NCBI GenBank assembly: GCA_017464135.1
Contig: JAFUEB010000004.1
Span: forward strand, 207,049-271,048
Reading direction: 5' to 3'
From: Candidatus Saccharimonadota bacterium
GTDB lineage: Bacteria > Patescibacteriota > Saccharimonadia > Saccharimonadales > Saccharimonadaceae
Length of the DNA: 64,000 bases
Below are positions 63,304 to 64,000 of the stretch, piece after piece (within the stretch, counting starts at the first letter, position 1; every line of letters begins with the position of its first letter). A program made the position numbers and the translations under genes. The notes under the pieces were generated by a model that was not told where the DNA came from, did no database searches, and saw nothing but the letters and a program-made list of their open reading frames with translations.

Positions 63304-64000
63304 AGACACTCCTTATTATTAGTGTCTTCATTTTATAACATTGACATTGCAAGCTCTTAAGTGAGCTTTTACATTGACAATGGATCTACCTAGCTTAGTC
63401 TCCATATATGTATATATTACTAATAGTTCGTAATTGGTTTCGTTGCCATGGCTTTAATATATGAAATCTTGCAGTTCAGGGTTAAGTTTACTTTCGACCA
63501 GATCGAAGTCCGGCCGCCATGTTGGATTCACAATAACGTATTCAACTACCCCACAGAGAGGTTCGTAGAGATTTAGATACCGCGCACCATAGATAAAAAA
63601 GAATGCCTTAATGGCATTATTTTTTATCTATAATTTCGCCAGAGTAGACGAGAACGTAGTTCGTCCTTTCAAGGAGATGAGCAAAAAAGAAAAGTTTGCT
63701 TTTCTTTTTCCGAGTGACACAGAAAGGAGAGCGAGCGTAGCGAGCGATGTCTAGTCAGGCGCACCAAAATTAACTGGAATCTAAAAACCATAGCATAGCC
63801 ACTGATCCATGCTTCTCCACTGACTTTTGCATTGTCGAAGACCTATGTTTATTATCCTAGAATTATTTAGGCATTGGCAATACTTCATAGTTGCCGATAT
63901 ACCAAGTTTTCCATTTTCGCTTAGCAGGATAGTTTAATCTAATAGATTGGCCTGCACCGCCTTGATAGCCTACGACTACATCTGCTCCCACATCATTTCC

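Larger units (their letters stand above)
59304..63768. mobile_element. Degenerate tRNA-integrated genomic island (no intact integrase)
   Basis: 20-bp direct repeat GTCTAGTCAGGCGCACCAAA at 59304-59323 (tRNA 3' end) and 63749-63768; accessory genes and gene fragments between. Confidence 0.75.

Noticed and set aside
59304-63768. Intact prophage or ICE
   Set aside because: No integrase, replication, structural or conjugation genes between the repeats.
63650-63768. A third tRNA or intron-split tRNA
   Set aside because: Only the 3' 18 nt match tRNA-Leu; upstream hairpins do not form a cloverleaf.
63770-64000. Possible gene end at the window edge
   Set aside because: A minus-strand frame ends near 63865 but is too short to assign.

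Overview
64 kb of a compact, reduced bacterial chromosome using the standard code (TGA is a stop). Gene content and style (short AlaRS and UvrC, DUF1846, CofE-like ligase, many leaderless TGnTATAAT-N5-8-ATG starts, LPxTG-like surface proteins) suggest Patescibacteria/Saccharibacteria; this is an inference. Most of the window is housekeeping: ABC exporter pair, tmk/tdk/ung/dCMP deaminase, typA, tatD, iscS-mnmA, alaS, ftsA-like, obgE, trmD, recG, rsmD, tig, rpsL-rpsG, gap-rpiB-rpe-pfkB-LOG, eno, uvrC, secG and two tRNA-Leu genes, interspersed with stand-alone orphan gene cassettes. Main highlights: (1) A ~4.4 kb integrase-less island at tRNA-Leu(GAG). It carries an XRE-Panacea gene, a DUF4417 gene coupled to a leader-only EndoU-like toxin plus immunity gene, and a second orphan toxin-tip/immunity pair, which together look like a polymorphic toxin system with no known delivery domain. 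(2) A palindromic element with a 65-nt covarying core flanked by locus-specific inverted repeats, one copy in-frame inside obgE and one after rpsG. (3) A YqgF(RuvX)-MltG fusion. (4) A 2111-aa surface protein ending in a Cx5R phosphatase. (5) A promoter/terminator-bounded candidate ncRNA. (6) A perfect 20-bp palindromic bidirectional leaderless promoter between tdk and ung. All calls come from motif recognition by eye; no searches were run.
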